The notes beneath the pieces were generated by a model. That model had not been told where the DNA came from, searched no databases, and worked only from the letters and a program-made list of their open reading frames with translations. The position numbers and the translations under genes were made by a program. Below, one piece after another: positions 1-9,769 of a DNA stretch of 64,000 nucleotides (positions are counted from its first letter, which is position 1; every line of letters starts with the position of its first letter). Source of the DNA: Alphaproteobacteria bacterium (lineage in GTDB: Bacteria > Pseudomonadota > Alphaproteobacteria > UBA9655); contig JAGONT010000010.1 of the NCBI GenBank assembly GCA_017992885.1, positions 5,488-69,487 on the forward strand, read 5' to 3'.

Positions 1-3000
1 AGAAAGTCTTGGAGCACTCTCAAACTATTCCTCTCTATGATAAGGAAACGCGAGAAAAGACAGGATTCTCTACAACTCAACGCGTAAGAACAGAAGAAGA
101 AAAACTCATCCGTTTTGCGGACAGCATTGCCAAAAAGTCAGCTGTTCGGTTATCTGCCTTTTCCATTGAAAAAGGCATGGAAGGCAAAAACCTAAGCAAT
201 GAACAGAAAATAGCTTACGATCTTTGTGTGGATTCAGAAAAGAATCTTGCCCTTATTCAAGGTCGGGCGGGGGTTGGGAAAAGCTACCTTTTAGACGCCA
301 TGCGAGTAGCTCACGAAGTTGAGGGTTTCCGTGTCTTAGGATTGGCTCCTACGAACAAAGTCGCCATGGATCTTAGAAAGGAGGGATTTGAAGCCAAGAC
401 CTGTCATTCCTTTTTATTTGCATTTAAAAACAATAGAGAAACTCTTGACTCCAAGACCCTTGTCATTGTGGACGAGGCCGGAATGTTAGGCACAACTCTT
501 TCTGTTGAGATCTTCAATGTCATTAAAAATAAGGGTGCCAAGCTCATTCTTGTGGGCGATGACCGCCAGTTAAGTTCCGTTGAGCGGGGAGGAACCTTTC
601 GATTTTTAGCAGATCGTTATACAGCAGTTGAACTCAGTGAAGTCAGGCGTCAAACCATCGGGTGGCAGAAAGAGGTTTCTGAAGCTCTTGCAGAGGGCAA
701 TGTTAAAAGAGCCGTTCATTTGCTTGAAGAGCATAAGGCTCTTGTCTGGAGCACTACAAAGGAAGAATCTCTAACAAATCTTCTTAAGGACTGGGGAAAA
801 GACACCCTGCTCAATCCTCAAGACACCCGCCAAATCATTGCTCAGAGGAATGTGGATGTGGATGCCCTCAACCAAGGAGCAAGAGATCTTCTACGTCAAT
901 CGGGACAATTGGGAGAGGTGGAAATTACGTGCTCCACACAGCGAGGGAGAGTGGCCTTTGCAGAGGGAGATCGCATCCAACTAACAAACACCGATAAAAG
1001 CCAAGGTCTTATGAATGGGAGCTTTGGCACGATTGAAAAGATAGACTCAAAAACCAAAAACATCACCCTCCACTTGGATAATGGGGAGGTTAAAGATCTA
1101 AACCCAAACACCTACGATGGCCTGCGCCATGGCTATGCGGCAACAGTCTACAAAACTCAAGGAGCTAACTTAGTTTCAGTCTATGCTCTTCACAGCAAAA
1201 GGACAAATCAACCTACAAATTATGTTGGCTTAACGCGCCAAACTAAATCTTTATCTCTATACGTTTCTCAGGATGAAACCCCTTCCATAGCTCACCTCAT
1301 CAGGCAGATGGAGCGGCAACAAGAAAAAGGCACGAGCCTTGTTTTTGACACCTTCAAAGATATTGAAAAGCAGCAACAAGAAAAGACTTTCTTCTCTCCT
1401 GTGAAAGAAGTAGCCGACATCTTGTTGACCAAAGTCAAAGATAAGTTCCATAAAAATGAGGCCTTTTACCAGTTTGAAAAAGAAAAAAGTCCGTCTCAAG
1501 AAGCAGCTGTTGTGTCTGTGTTTAAGGAGTCGGAGCGTGCTTTGGAGAATAAGTTGGAGAATGTGCTTTCTTTGACAAAAGTGAAGAGCCAACCCCCCAT
1601 CCCTCACAATGTTAGTACCTTGGTAGATGTAAAGGCTGTCGAGAATGTCATCAAAGAGAACCTGGCTGATTTTGCCGATCATGTCTTCGCTTCCATTGGA
1701 GAATCTCATAACCGAGCTATGTCTTCAAGTGTAGAGAAGCGTTATGGTAAAAAAGGAGAGTTCTCCATCAACCTCCATACAGGGCTTTGGGTTAATCATA
1801 AAAACACTGAACTTGCAGGAGGCCCCATGCATTTACTCACAAAACTCAAAAACCTTTCCTTTAAGGACGCCATCGCGTATGGGGCTAGCTGGGCGAGGTT
1901 ATCTCCTGAGCAGCTCAGCCTTCGGAAGCAAAGTGTTGCCCCCTCTCACTCGCAAAATACCGAGAAAGATAATTTAGAAAAAGAAGCCGCAAAAAACAAA
2001 CAGAAGATTGAGCGCGCTCAAGCTCTCTGGGCTAAAGGTCAGCCAATTCAGAGAAGCATTGCAGAGCGCTATCTCAAAGAGCAGCGGAGGATAGAAGGAG
2101 AGTTACCCCAAGATTTTCGCCATCTCCCGAATGTGAAAGTGACAGGAGAGCAAAACTCAGGGACAAGCTATCCTTGCCTCATGGTCGCAGCTCGATCGAG
2201 AGAAGGAGACGTCACGGCCGTTCAGCTCACTTTCCTTGACCCATCAACCGCAAATAAGGCCAACATCCTTGTTCAGAAGAGATCTTATGGGCTTTTAAAA
2301 GGATCCGCCGTGACCATTCAGGAGAACAAGTCATCGAACCTTCTCTTCATCGCCGAAGGTGTGGAAACAGCCCTTAGCCTTAAGGAAGCCGGACTTCAAG
2401 GGTACATCAAAGCCAGCTTAGGTATTGCTAATATCAAGCGCCTTGAGCCTCGATATTTAAGGAGCCACATCATCATTTGTGGAGATCATGACGCACCAGA
2501 CTCACCTGCTTCCAAAAGCCTTGAGAAGTCTGCGCAATCTCTTGAAGAACGCGGCTTTAAGGTCACTATCATTAAGCCAGACTATTTAGGAGAAGACTTT
2601 AATGATGTCCTTAAGAAACACGGCCCTGAAGGCGTAAGAGAGATTTTAAAACAGGCTGTTTCTCAGGCTCTGATTCAACCCGTTGCCACCAAGGATTCAA
2701 GCCCTACTTCTATCAAAACGGAAGCAGAAAAGGTTTTGCATGAAATCATCCAAACATGCGAAAAGTACATGTATGCCTATATGGCTGAAGAAAATATCTC
2801 TTTGACCAATGAGCTGAAAGAACGCATTCCCCTTCAAGCAGAACGAGCGGCTAACCTCATCTTCTATGCTCATACCCTCAATGGCCCCACACCAACAGAG
2901 AAAGAAACTAAGCTCTTTATCGCACGTGCAAAATATGAGCTCGATCGTATTCCTCAAATCAAGGAGAAGTTCACGGAGGAATGGCATAAAAATGGCAATT

Positions 3001-3551
3001 TTGATGAACAAAAGGATCCTCTCCTTATTCATATGATCGCCGATCGACAAGTCTCGATTGAAGGCCGCCTCTTCTTTGAAGCAAAACAAGCAGGCCAAAA
3101 GCCACCTCTCAACATTCCCCAATTAGCAGAAGCAGAGTTCAAAGCTCACAGAGCTGAAACAAAAGCGCTTGCTCAAAGGCTCGGTTCCCAATATTCCCTT
3201 TCCGAAAACGCTGCAACTGAATGCGCCAGAAATATCTTTAGATACCAGGAAAATCATGGCTCAAAACCAACCGATACTCAAATGACCGCCATGGTAGAAA
3301 TCGCTCATCAGATTGAGGAGAAATATCCTGACTTCCTTGAAAAAGACCTCGGCTCCCACAACCTCACCTACCTACGCCGCATGAACGGAGACTTAATGTT
3401 TAGGGAGGGGTGTTATAACAATAGGCATTCAATCGCACAAGAGCATGACATGCTCAAAATGCAAGAAAAAACCTTGCTCGAAGTTCAAAAACAACGAATA
3501 GAGCAAGAAGTCTCGAGGCAAAAGGAACGAGACTTTTCAATGTCGATGTAG
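1..3551 (+). CDS. traA: TraA(Ti)-type conjugative relaxase/RecD-like helicase fused to a C-terminal Toprim primase-like domain (5' end outside window)
   Basis: Frame is open to base 1. Helicase motifs GRAGVGKSY (Walker A), VIVDEAGML, LILVGDDRQL. C-terminal Toprim-like LFIAEGVETALS, IIICGDHD, DFNDV. Confidence 0.8.
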   Translation, partial: KVLEHSQTIPLYDKETREKTGFSTTQRVRTEEEKLIRFADSIAKKSAVRLSAFSIEKGMEGKNLSNEQKIAYDLCVDSEKNLALIQGRAGVGKSYLLDAMRVAHEVEGFRVLGLAPTNKVAMDLRKEGFEAKTCHSFLFAFKNNRETLDSKTLVIVDEAGMLGTTLSVEIFNVIKNKGAKLILVGDDRQLSSVERGGTFRFLADRYTAVELSEVRRQTIGWQKEVSEALAEGNVKRAVHLLEEHKALVWSTTKEESLTNLLKDWGKDTLLNPQDTRQIIAQRNVDVDALNQGARDLLRQSGQLGEVEITCSTQRGRVAFAEGDRIQLTNTDKSQGLMNGSFGTIEKIDSKTKNITLHLDNGEVKDLNPNTYDGLRHGYAATVYKTQGANLVSVYALHSKRTNQPTNYVGLTRQTKSLSLYVSQDETPSIAHLIRQMERQQEKGTSLVFDTFKDIEKQQQEKTFFSPVKEVADILLTKVKDKFHKNEAFYQFEKEKSPSQEAAVVSVFKESERALENKLENVLSLTKVKSQPPIPHNVSTLVDVKAVENVIKENLADFADHVFASIGESHNRAMSSSVEKRYGKKGEFSINLHTGLWVNHKNTELAGGPMHLLTKLKNLSFKDAIAYGASWARLSPEQLSLRKQSVAPSHSQNTEKDNLEKEAAKNKQKIERAQALWAKGQPIQRSIAERYLKEQRRIEGELPQDFRHLPNVKVTGEQNSGTSYPCLMVAARSREGDVTAVQLTFLDPSTANKANILVQKRSYGLLKGSAVTIQENKSSNLLFIAEGVETALSLKEAGLQGYIKASLGIANIKRLEPRYLRSHIIICGDHDAPDSPASKSLEKSAQSLEERGFKVTIIKPDYLGEDFNDVLKKHGPEGVREILKQAVSQALIQPVATKDSSPTSIKTEAEKVLHEIIQTCEKYMYAYMAEENISLTNELKERIPLQAERAANLIFYAHTLNGPTPTEKETKLFIARAKYELDRIPQIKEKFTEEWHKNGNFDEQKDPLLIHMIADRQVSIEGRLFFEAKQAGQKPPLNIPQLAEAEFKAHRAETKALAQRLGSQYSLSENAATECARNIFRYQENHGSKPTDTQMTAMVEIAHQIEEKYPDFLEKDLGSHNLTYLRRMNGDLMFREGCYNNRHSIAQEHDMLKMQEKTLLEVQKQRIEQEVSRQKERDFSMSM

Positions 3552-3637
3552 GGAGGAAAATTTTCTTCATAAACTATAAAAAATGTTCTGTCCGAAAACG
3601 GCGAGCATAGACCGAAAAAAGAGATTAGAGTTTTTAT

Positions 3638-5110
3638 ATGAAATTAAAAAATGACGTTGATAGGTTTATGCTACTTAATAAAGAACAATGCTATAAAGCC
3701 ATCCGTTCGCACGATCCTAGATTTGATGGTCATTTCTTTTTTGGAGTTAATGCAACAGGCATTTACTGTCGGCCAATTTGTATTGCAAGACCCCCAAAAT
3801 TTGAAAATTGCCGATTTTTTTCAAATGCTGCAGCAGCAGAAGCTGCGGGGTTTCGTCCATGTCTTCGTTGCAGGCCAGAACAAGCACCAGGAAATACTCG
3901 AAGTGCTACTGTTACAAATCTCACGCAAAAAGCTTTAAGATGGATCGAGGAAGGTTTTTTAAATGAAGCAAGGGTAAAGGACCTGGCGGAAAAATTAGGA
4001 GTTACAGAGCGTTACTTACGGAGAATTTTCCAAACAGAATTAGAGGTGAGTCCAATCGAGTTTGCTCAAACTCAACGCCTACTTCTCTCTAAGCGCTTAC
4101 TTACGGATACCTCACTCCCAATTACTGAAATAGCGTTCGCAGCAGGATTTAACAGTCTACGCCGGTTCAATGTATTATTTAAGTATCGTTATGGTCTTAA
4201 CCCTACAAAATTTCGACGTACTATAATTAAACAGGAGTCTGTTGACTCGTTAATCTTTGATCTTAGTTATCAACCACCTTTAGAATGGCAGTCACTTCTT
4301 AACTTCTTAAAAGAGAAAGCTATTCCAAGAAGTGAGGAGATACACAAAGGAACCTATAGACGCATAGTACGCCAAGAACAAAAAGGCCGTTGTTATATTG
4401 GTTGGATAAAAGTTGAAGAAGTGCCAAACCAATCTATGCTGCAAATCACGGTAGATGTTAAACTTGCTCACGTAATTTTGCTAGTCCTCAAACACGTCAA
4501 GTTGCTCTTTGATTTAACTTGCTCTCTAGGAAAAATTACAGAAGCGTTAGGCCCACTAGCAGAGGATCGTCCAGGTTTACGAGTGCCAGGCGCGTTTGAT
4601 GGCTTTGAGATAGCTGTACAGGCAATTTTAAGTCAACACATATCAATAACAGAAGCACAAGTATTAGCTGAGCGGATTGTTAGCTATTTTGGTGAATTCC
4701 ATGCTACACCCTTTCCTGAATTGACACATGCTTTTCCTAATCCTGAGCGTATTGCAAGTGCATCAATTGAGGAAATATACGCCCTTAAGATTCCGCATAT
4801 TAAAGCTCAAGCAATTATTTTCTTGGCACAAGCTATTGTAGATAAAAGCCTAATTCTTATACCAAATGCGGACGTATCTGATACCGTAGAACGACTTCGT
4901 GTATTACTAAATATTGATGAGAAATCCATTCAATATATCCTAATGCGTGCTTTGTCCTGGCCTGATGCCTTCCCATATAGCGACAAAGAAGTAATGAAAG
5001 TCTTAGAAATTCACTCACCTAATATAGCACAAGACCTTAATAAAACATGGCGACCTTGGCGGTCCTATGCAGCGATGCACTTGTGGTCTAAATTAAAGGA
5101 GAAAAATTAA
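3638..5110 (+). CDS. Ada-AlkA fusion: Ada Zn-finger + AraC-type HTH + DNA-3-methyladenine glycosylase II-like domain
   Basis: YCRPICIARPP...FRPCLRCRP Cys cluster; AraC HTH (RYLRRIFQTELEVSPIEFAQTQRL, IAFAAGFNSLRRFNVLF); long C-terminal HhH-GPD-like half. Confidence 0.8.
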   Translation: MKLKNDVDRFMLLNKEQCYKAIRSHDPRFDGHFFFGVNATGIYCRPICIARPPKFENCRFFSNAAAAEAAGFRPCLRCRPEQAPGNTRSATVTNLTQKALRWIEEGFLNEARVKDLAEKLGVTERYLRRIFQTELEVSPIEFAQTQRLLLSKRLLTDTSLPITEIAFAAGFNSLRRFNVLFKYRYGLNPTKFRRTIIKQESVDSLIFDLSYQPPLEWQSLLNFLKEKAIPRSEEIHKGTYRRIVRQEQKGRCYIGWIKVEEVPNQSMLQITVDVKLAHVILLVLKHVKLLFDLTCSLGKITEALGPLAEDRPGLRVPGAFDGFEIAVQAILSQHISITEAQVLAERIVSYFGEFHATPFPELTHAFPNPERIASASIEEIYALKIPHIKAQAIIFLAQAIVDKSLILIPNADVSDTVERLRVLLNIDEKSIQYILMRALSWPDAFPYSDKEVMKVLEIHSPNIAQDLNKTWRPWRSYAAMHLWSKLKEKN

Positions 5111-6948
5111 TGATTCAATTCAACATAAGTATAAACAGTTTGATTTCCGCCTTCACTAGGCTGCTATCTTATTTAATTATAATCTCCCTTATTTTACCCG
5201 ATTGCGCTCGGTGTATGTATGAAGAAGAGTTGGAGTATATTGATATGACTCCTCCTTCTAGGATTTCAAAACCCGTAATAATATTAAGTGAAGACAAAGA
5301 AGAAGAAATAACGCCACACGCTGAAATTCCCCTTGAGACATTTAATCGACAGATTGAGCCTATGCTCGAAGATGAAGAGTTTAACGAACATCTGAATAAT
5401 TTATCTAATAATCAATTAGTAAAATTAGTAACAGACCATCTGGATGGTATAAGTGGAAAACAAGTTAAGAAAACTTATGGAAAAAGAAAAGCCGCAATAT
5501 TATTTACCCTTTTTGCAGGTGCAGTCATCTCATCTCTTGGTTCCTTAACTTTCTTAATTGGAGAACATTTCCCTGAGGAATTTGCTAGATTTGCCGGCTT
5601 TAGTATTTCAGATGACGTTGCCAATGGGGTTGGCAAATACATGGGATGGAGCAACATGGCAGTTGAAGCGCTTTTTTATACTTGGACGATACATGGGATA
5701 CTTCCTTCACTAACACCTAAGCAAGCTACTGATCAACCACTGGAGACCGAAAAACCGGGCTTTTTTCGTCGATGTTGTTCTAAATTCACATCCTGGCTCC
5801 CTAGTTTTGGAGAGTGGGGATTAGCTATTGCTTCTGCGATCCCCCTTACTCTTTTAAGCTTAATAGATCAAGAAAAGGAAGGTATAGAAGGTTTCAAATA
5901 TGCGGTTGTAGGCTGTATTGGTTTAGTAACACTCGTTTCAAACAAGTTCTTTTTATCACTAACTCACGGACAACTTAAAAAAGTGTGGACATGGATGAGG
6001 ACCAGAAAGAAAATTGATAATTCTCATACAGAGTCAGATGTTTTAGAGCAAGCTAAAAAGGCATTTATAGAATCAACAGGACGCGCAAACGAAAGGCTAA
6101 AACACTTATCTAAAAAAGATTTGGGTACTGAGACTAGTTCTTTAAGGGAGCTAGCTCAAATTGAATCTGATGAGGAAAGACAAACACCTGATCACCGCTG
6201 GAGACACTTAACAAACCATATGCTTAAAGATCTGTCTTTTTCTCCTCCAAAAGTTAATAGAAAAGCAGTCATACTTGTACCTGCACTCGCAGTTTTTACT
6301 GCACTTTCGTGGCTAGGATTAATTGCGACTGTACCAGGGGGAGTAGAAGAGAAGTTAAGTTCTTCTAAAGCCTTACAATATACTCTCATGGTAGCGGCCG
6401 GAATACCTCTTCTGGAAATTGGATTATCAGTTGGAGGCTCTTTTGGATTGAAGCTTTCTAGAATAGGTAATGGAGCTCGTTCCTTAAGTGAGAACGTAAC
6501 TCATTGGATAGAAAGATTTGTTGGATATATCCCTATTACTTTAGCTGGAGTGGGCTCTTTTGCTACAACTGCAACTTTAACAATTCAACAGTTTAAATCA
6601 GTGCCCGCTGTTTGCTGGATGCTGTTGCCGTCTGCTACATTAGGAATGGATTTAATTAATATAGCGACCGGTTTCGAACTTTGGGATGCAATTTTGGTGA
6701 CTGTTAAGAGTAAATTCAGCCGCGATAAAGCGCTGTTTGTTAACCACGTAAACTTCCTCCAAGATTTTCATCGAAAACTGGAAAGGACTCCTGCAGAAGA
6801 AGTAACAGCTATTGTACTAAAATTAGACCCTGCTATACAAAAAAGTATCATGCAGTATATACCAGGTATGGAAGAAGCTGAGGAGTTTCAGGAATGGCGA
6901 ACTACATTAATAAGAACCTTAAAAGAAAAAATGGATGAGAAGTTATAA
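5110..6948 (+). CDS. Large polytopic membrane protein of unknown function
   Basis: 612-aa ORF. Its start overlaps the upstream stop (TAATG at 5108-5112). Multiple long hydrophobic segments and no motif I recognise. The true start could be an internal Met. Confidence 0.5.
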   Translation: MIQFNISINSLISAFTRLLSYLIIISLILPDCARCMYEEELEYIDMTPPSRISKPVIILSEDKEEEITPHAEIPLETFNRQIEPMLEDEEFNEHLNNLSNNQLVKLVTDHLDGISGKQVKKTYGKRKAAILFTLFAGAVISSLGSLTFLIGEHFPEEFARFAGFSISDDVANGVGKYMGWSNMAVEALFYTWTIHGILPSLTPKQATDQPLETEKPGFFRRCCSKFTSWLPSFGEWGLAIASAIPLTLLSLIDQEKEGIEGFKYAVVGCIGLVTLVSNKFFLSLTHGQLKKVWTWMRTRKKIDNSHTESDVLEQAKKAFIESTGRANERLKHLSKKDLGTETSSLRELAQIESDEERQTPDHRWRHLTNHMLKDLSFSPPKVNRKAVILVPALAVFTALSWLGLIATVPGGVEEKLSSSKALQYTLMVAAGIPLLEIGLSVGGSFGLKLSRIGNGARSLSENVTHWIERFVGYIPITLAGVGSFATTATLTIQQFKSVPAVCWMLLPSATLGMDLINIATGFELWDAILVTVKSKFSRDKALFVNHVNFLQDFHRKLERTPAEEVTAIVLKLDPAIQKSIMQYIPGMEEAEEFQEWRTTLIRTLKEKMDEKL

Positions 6949-7178
6949 GTCTCCAATTCAATGGATTATTATTTGCTTTCCCCTTTACTAAAGCATCTGC
7001 AAAAAAGGGACATAATCACATTGTATATATATTGGTATGAAAAAATGAAAAAATAAAGTATACAATTCATTCAATGTTGAAAGAGCTATACCTGATCCCA
7101 CAGTAAATATTCAGAGTGTTAAAGAGTTGCAAGATCAGGTTGATTGAAGAGCTTTTTCAACTCTAAGTCCTTAAAATC

Positions 7179-7592
7179 TTATGAGTCTTGCTCCATTTGT
7201 TCTAAAGCTTCCAGTACAGGACAGTGCTCACCTTGTGTCCTGTTACATGTTTGAATAACTGATCCCAAAGCACCCTTAAGGCGCAGAAGTTTTTTCAGCT
7301 CTCTTTCAACAACATCGAGCTTAAATTCAAGCCGATGTCGTACCTCCTCACAGGCATGAGTTGAAGGACGTGAGAGGGTTAATAGTTCTTTTATTTCTTT
7401 AAGGGTAAAACCCAAAGCCTGAGCCCATTTTATAAAATTGATACGTCTCACAGATTTTTTTGAATAATGACGGTAGCCGTTTGAGCGTCGTTCAGGAACT
7501 TCGATAAGCCCTTGACGCTCATAAACTCTTATAGTATCTACAGTCACACCAGCGCAAGATGCTATCTGTCCAATTGTATACCCTTCTCTCAT
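7179..7592 (-). CDS. MerR-family metal-responsive regulator (CadR/ZntR/PbrR-like)
   Basis: N-terminal MerR HTH (YTIGQIASCAGVTVDTIRVYERQGLI), coiled-coil dimerisation helix, Cys at HACEE and C-terminal CNRTQGEHCP metal-binding loop. Confidence 0.9.
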   Translation of the reverse strand: MREGYTIGQIASCAGVTVDTIRVYERQGLIEVPERRSNGYRHYSKKSVRRINFIKWAQALGFTLKEIKELLTLSRPSTHACEEVRHRLEFKLDVVERELKKLLRLKGALGSVIQTCNRTQGEHCPVLEALEQMEQDS

Positions 7593-7725
7593 TGCTCTCT
7601 CTTTTTTTTATATTTTACACTCTAAATCTGAGATGAGTGTCAAGAGCTCATAACATAATTTCAAGATTTTATATGATTTTCTAATAATAGGATCGTCTAT
7701 AAATAAAATTCAAATAAAATAGGTG

Positions 7726-7756
7726 TTGACCCTAGACTAAGACCAGGGTGTAGAGT
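7726..7756 (+). promoter_or_regulatory. MerR-type promoter/operator: TTGACC - 19-bp spacer - TAGAGT, with an imperfect dyad in the spacer
   Basis: -35 TTGACC at 7726-7731, -10 TAGAGT at 7751-7756, 19-nt spacer. Dyad ACCCTAGAC-TAA-GACCAGGGT at 7729-7749 (7 of 9 positions symmetric). AGGAG RBS at 7776-7780 precedes the ATG at 7791. Confidence 0.6.
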
Positions 7757-7790
7757 TTTTTGTAAACTCTGAACATAAGGAGAACATTCT

Positions 7791-8528
7791 ATGTCTATAA
7801 AAAAGCTTTTATTAATTTTTGCATTTATTTCTTTAACTTTTTCGTTGGCAGCGTTTGCTATGACGGATGATTTTTCAGACACTGAAAAAAGGCAAACATG
7901 TAAAAATAAGAAAAAATGTCTAAGCAATTGTGAAGATAAAATAGATAATAAATCTCTTGTAAAGGGAGAGGCTAAAAATAAAAATGCACGTAACAGGCTT
8001 TGGTATGATGGAGGATGCTGTACAGGAGGCTGTTCAACACAAGTAAATACATATCCAACAAGTCAAGGAGAACACGACGAAGAAATCGGTAGATATAAAA
8101 TATTCTCCTCCAGTTTTATAAGTGGAGCAGTTTATACTTTAATCCCCGAACTCATTAGAGACGCTCTAGAATTTAAAGGATATTCCCGAGCTTCTAACAT
8201 TATACCAACGATAGTTCAAAGCGGAATGATCTTTTATAATACATCATCTTATACGCCGGTTATAGCAGGAATGTTGATAAGAACTGGCTTTAGCCAATTA
8301 GGTTTTTCACAGCAAGATTCGAACACTGCAGGAATTACAGCCGCTCTTGTCACTAGCCTTTCGCAAAAACTAATTTTTAGTGACGAAACGGCTCTTGATT
8401 GTATTATCGATGTTGCAATTGGTTTTGGTGGAAGTTATATGGGAAGCACTCTGGTTCTTAAAGCAAAATCTTGGGTTTATAACCTCTTTGGATATGACAA
8501 TCCTATTATGTGTGAAAAGGCTGATTAG
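7791..8528 (+). CDS. Secreted/membrane Cys-rich protein of unknown family (paralog 1), downstream of the MerR-type promoter
   Basis: Signal peptide MSIKKLLLIFAFISLTFSLAAFA; Cys-rich segment (CKNKKKCLSNC, GGCCTGGCS); Gly/Ser-rich hydrophobic C-terminal domain ending in Cys. Confidence 0.7.
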   Translation: MSIKKLLLIFAFISLTFSLAAFAMTDDFSDTEKRQTCKNKKKCLSNCEDKIDNKSLVKGEAKNKNARNRLWYDGGCCTGGCSTQVNTYPTSQGEHDEEIGRYKIFSSSFISGAVYTLIPELIRDALEFKGYSRASNIIPTIVQSGMIFYNTSSYTPVIAGMLIRTGFSQLGFSQQDSNTAGITAALVTSLSQKLIFSDETALDCIIDVAIGFGGSYMGSTLVLKAKSWVYNLFGYDNPIMCEKAD

Positions 8529-8632
8529 CTCCCTAACAGAAAGATTTCTATTAAATAGAATACAGTTAGGGAGAGTAAAATCGTAGATTAGGAGAGATCT
8601 ATATCCTCTATAAACAAAATAGTCAGAACATA

Positions 8633-9358
8633 ATTATAAAAATTGCTGCTACGTTCATATTGACGCTCTTCTTATTTCAGTCTTCTTCCTTTTCTATAAT
8701 GGAGGATCTTTCAAACGCTGAAGAAGGACAAATAAAAATATGAAAAAAAAATATAGATATTGAAAATTGTGAGTATAAAACAAATAATGATCCTTGCAAC
8801 AAGAAGAATGCCCAAAATGGACATGCAAATCAGAGAATTTTGTATGGGTGGGGATGCGGACCATGTTCACCATTAAGTGCATATCCTGCAAGTCAAAGAG
8901 GATATTATGAAGAGCCAGAAAAGTATGAATTATTCTTTTCAAGTTTTCTAAGAGGAGGAGCTTATACTTTACTTCCCGAACTTTTTAGAGACGTCCTAGA
9001 ATTTAGAGGATATTCCAGAGCTTCTAACGTTGTAGCCACGATAATTCAAGGTGGAATCATTGCTTATAATACATCGTCTTATGCACCGGCTGCAGCTGGA
9101 ATACTGGTAAAAACTGGGCTTAACAAATTAGGTTTTTCAGAGCGATCTTCAACCATTGCAGGAAGTACAGCAGCCGTTATCGCTAGCCTTTCCCAAAAGC
9201 TAATCTTTAGTTCAGAATCGGTGCTTGATTGTGTTGTTGATGTTACTATTGGTGTAGCCGGAAGTTATGCCGGAAGCATTCTGGCTCTTAAAGCAAAATC
9301 TTGGGTTTATAATTTTTGTGGATTTAACGATTATACTTTGTGCGAGAATATTCAATAA
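8633..9358 (+). pseudogene. Paralog 2 of the Cys-rich protein; the N-terminus appears decayed (no ATG, in-frame TGA at 8741-8743); only 8840-9358 is an open ORF (TTG start)
   Basis: The C-terminal 160 aa aligns along its whole length with 7791-8528 (for example SRASN, YNTSSY, SLSQKLIFS, LKAKSWVYN). Upstream in the same frame is signal-peptide-like IIIKIAATFILTLFLF...MEDLSNAEEGQIKI, followed by the stop. Confidence 0.5.
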
Positions 9359-9510
9359 CCACACCCATGGAATGCTCCCTCTGTTAGAACTATCTAATCT
9401 CATATTTATTATTCCATTAAGAAAATCTTAACCTCTCCAATTATAGCATAAGAGTGAAATACGATGTGTTGCTATTGAGAAAGTAAAAGAAGAAAGATAT
9501 CCAAAACGTT

Positions 9511-9731
9511 GTGAGTGAAGGGGCATTGCTCCGTTTAAGGCCCATCATGATGACCATTTGTGCTATTATCGGGGGGTTACTTCCAATTATGCCGGTGGAA
9601 CAGGGTCTGAAGTCATGCGTCGTATTGCAGCACCCATGATAGAGAGAATGGTCAGTGTCACATTGTTTTCGCTCGTCGTCATTCCAGCGGTCTACGTTTT
9701 ATGGAAGCAGAGAGAATATCAAAGTGAATAA
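9511..9731 (+). pseudogene. C-terminal remnant of a CusA/SilA-like RND pump, frameshifted
   Basis: One frame reads EGALLRLRPIMMTICAIIGGLLPIM. After a +2 frame change it reads GTGSEVMRRIAAPMIERMVSVTLFSLVVIPAVYVLWKQ then stop. No upstream body of the gene is present. Confidence 0.7.
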
Positions 9732-9769
9732 AAATTATCCGAGTAAGAAAAGGGCTGGTTGAGAAATTT

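Noticed and set aside
896-3122. Antisense and alternative-frame ORFs inside the relaxase gene (896-1111, 1257-1709, 1744-1977, 2697-3122). Similar shadow ORFs occur inside traG, traU, traC, czcA, cadA and others.
   Set aside because: They lie entirely within long, motif-supported genes, have low-complexity or odd composition, and show no RBS. They are typical shadow ORFs.
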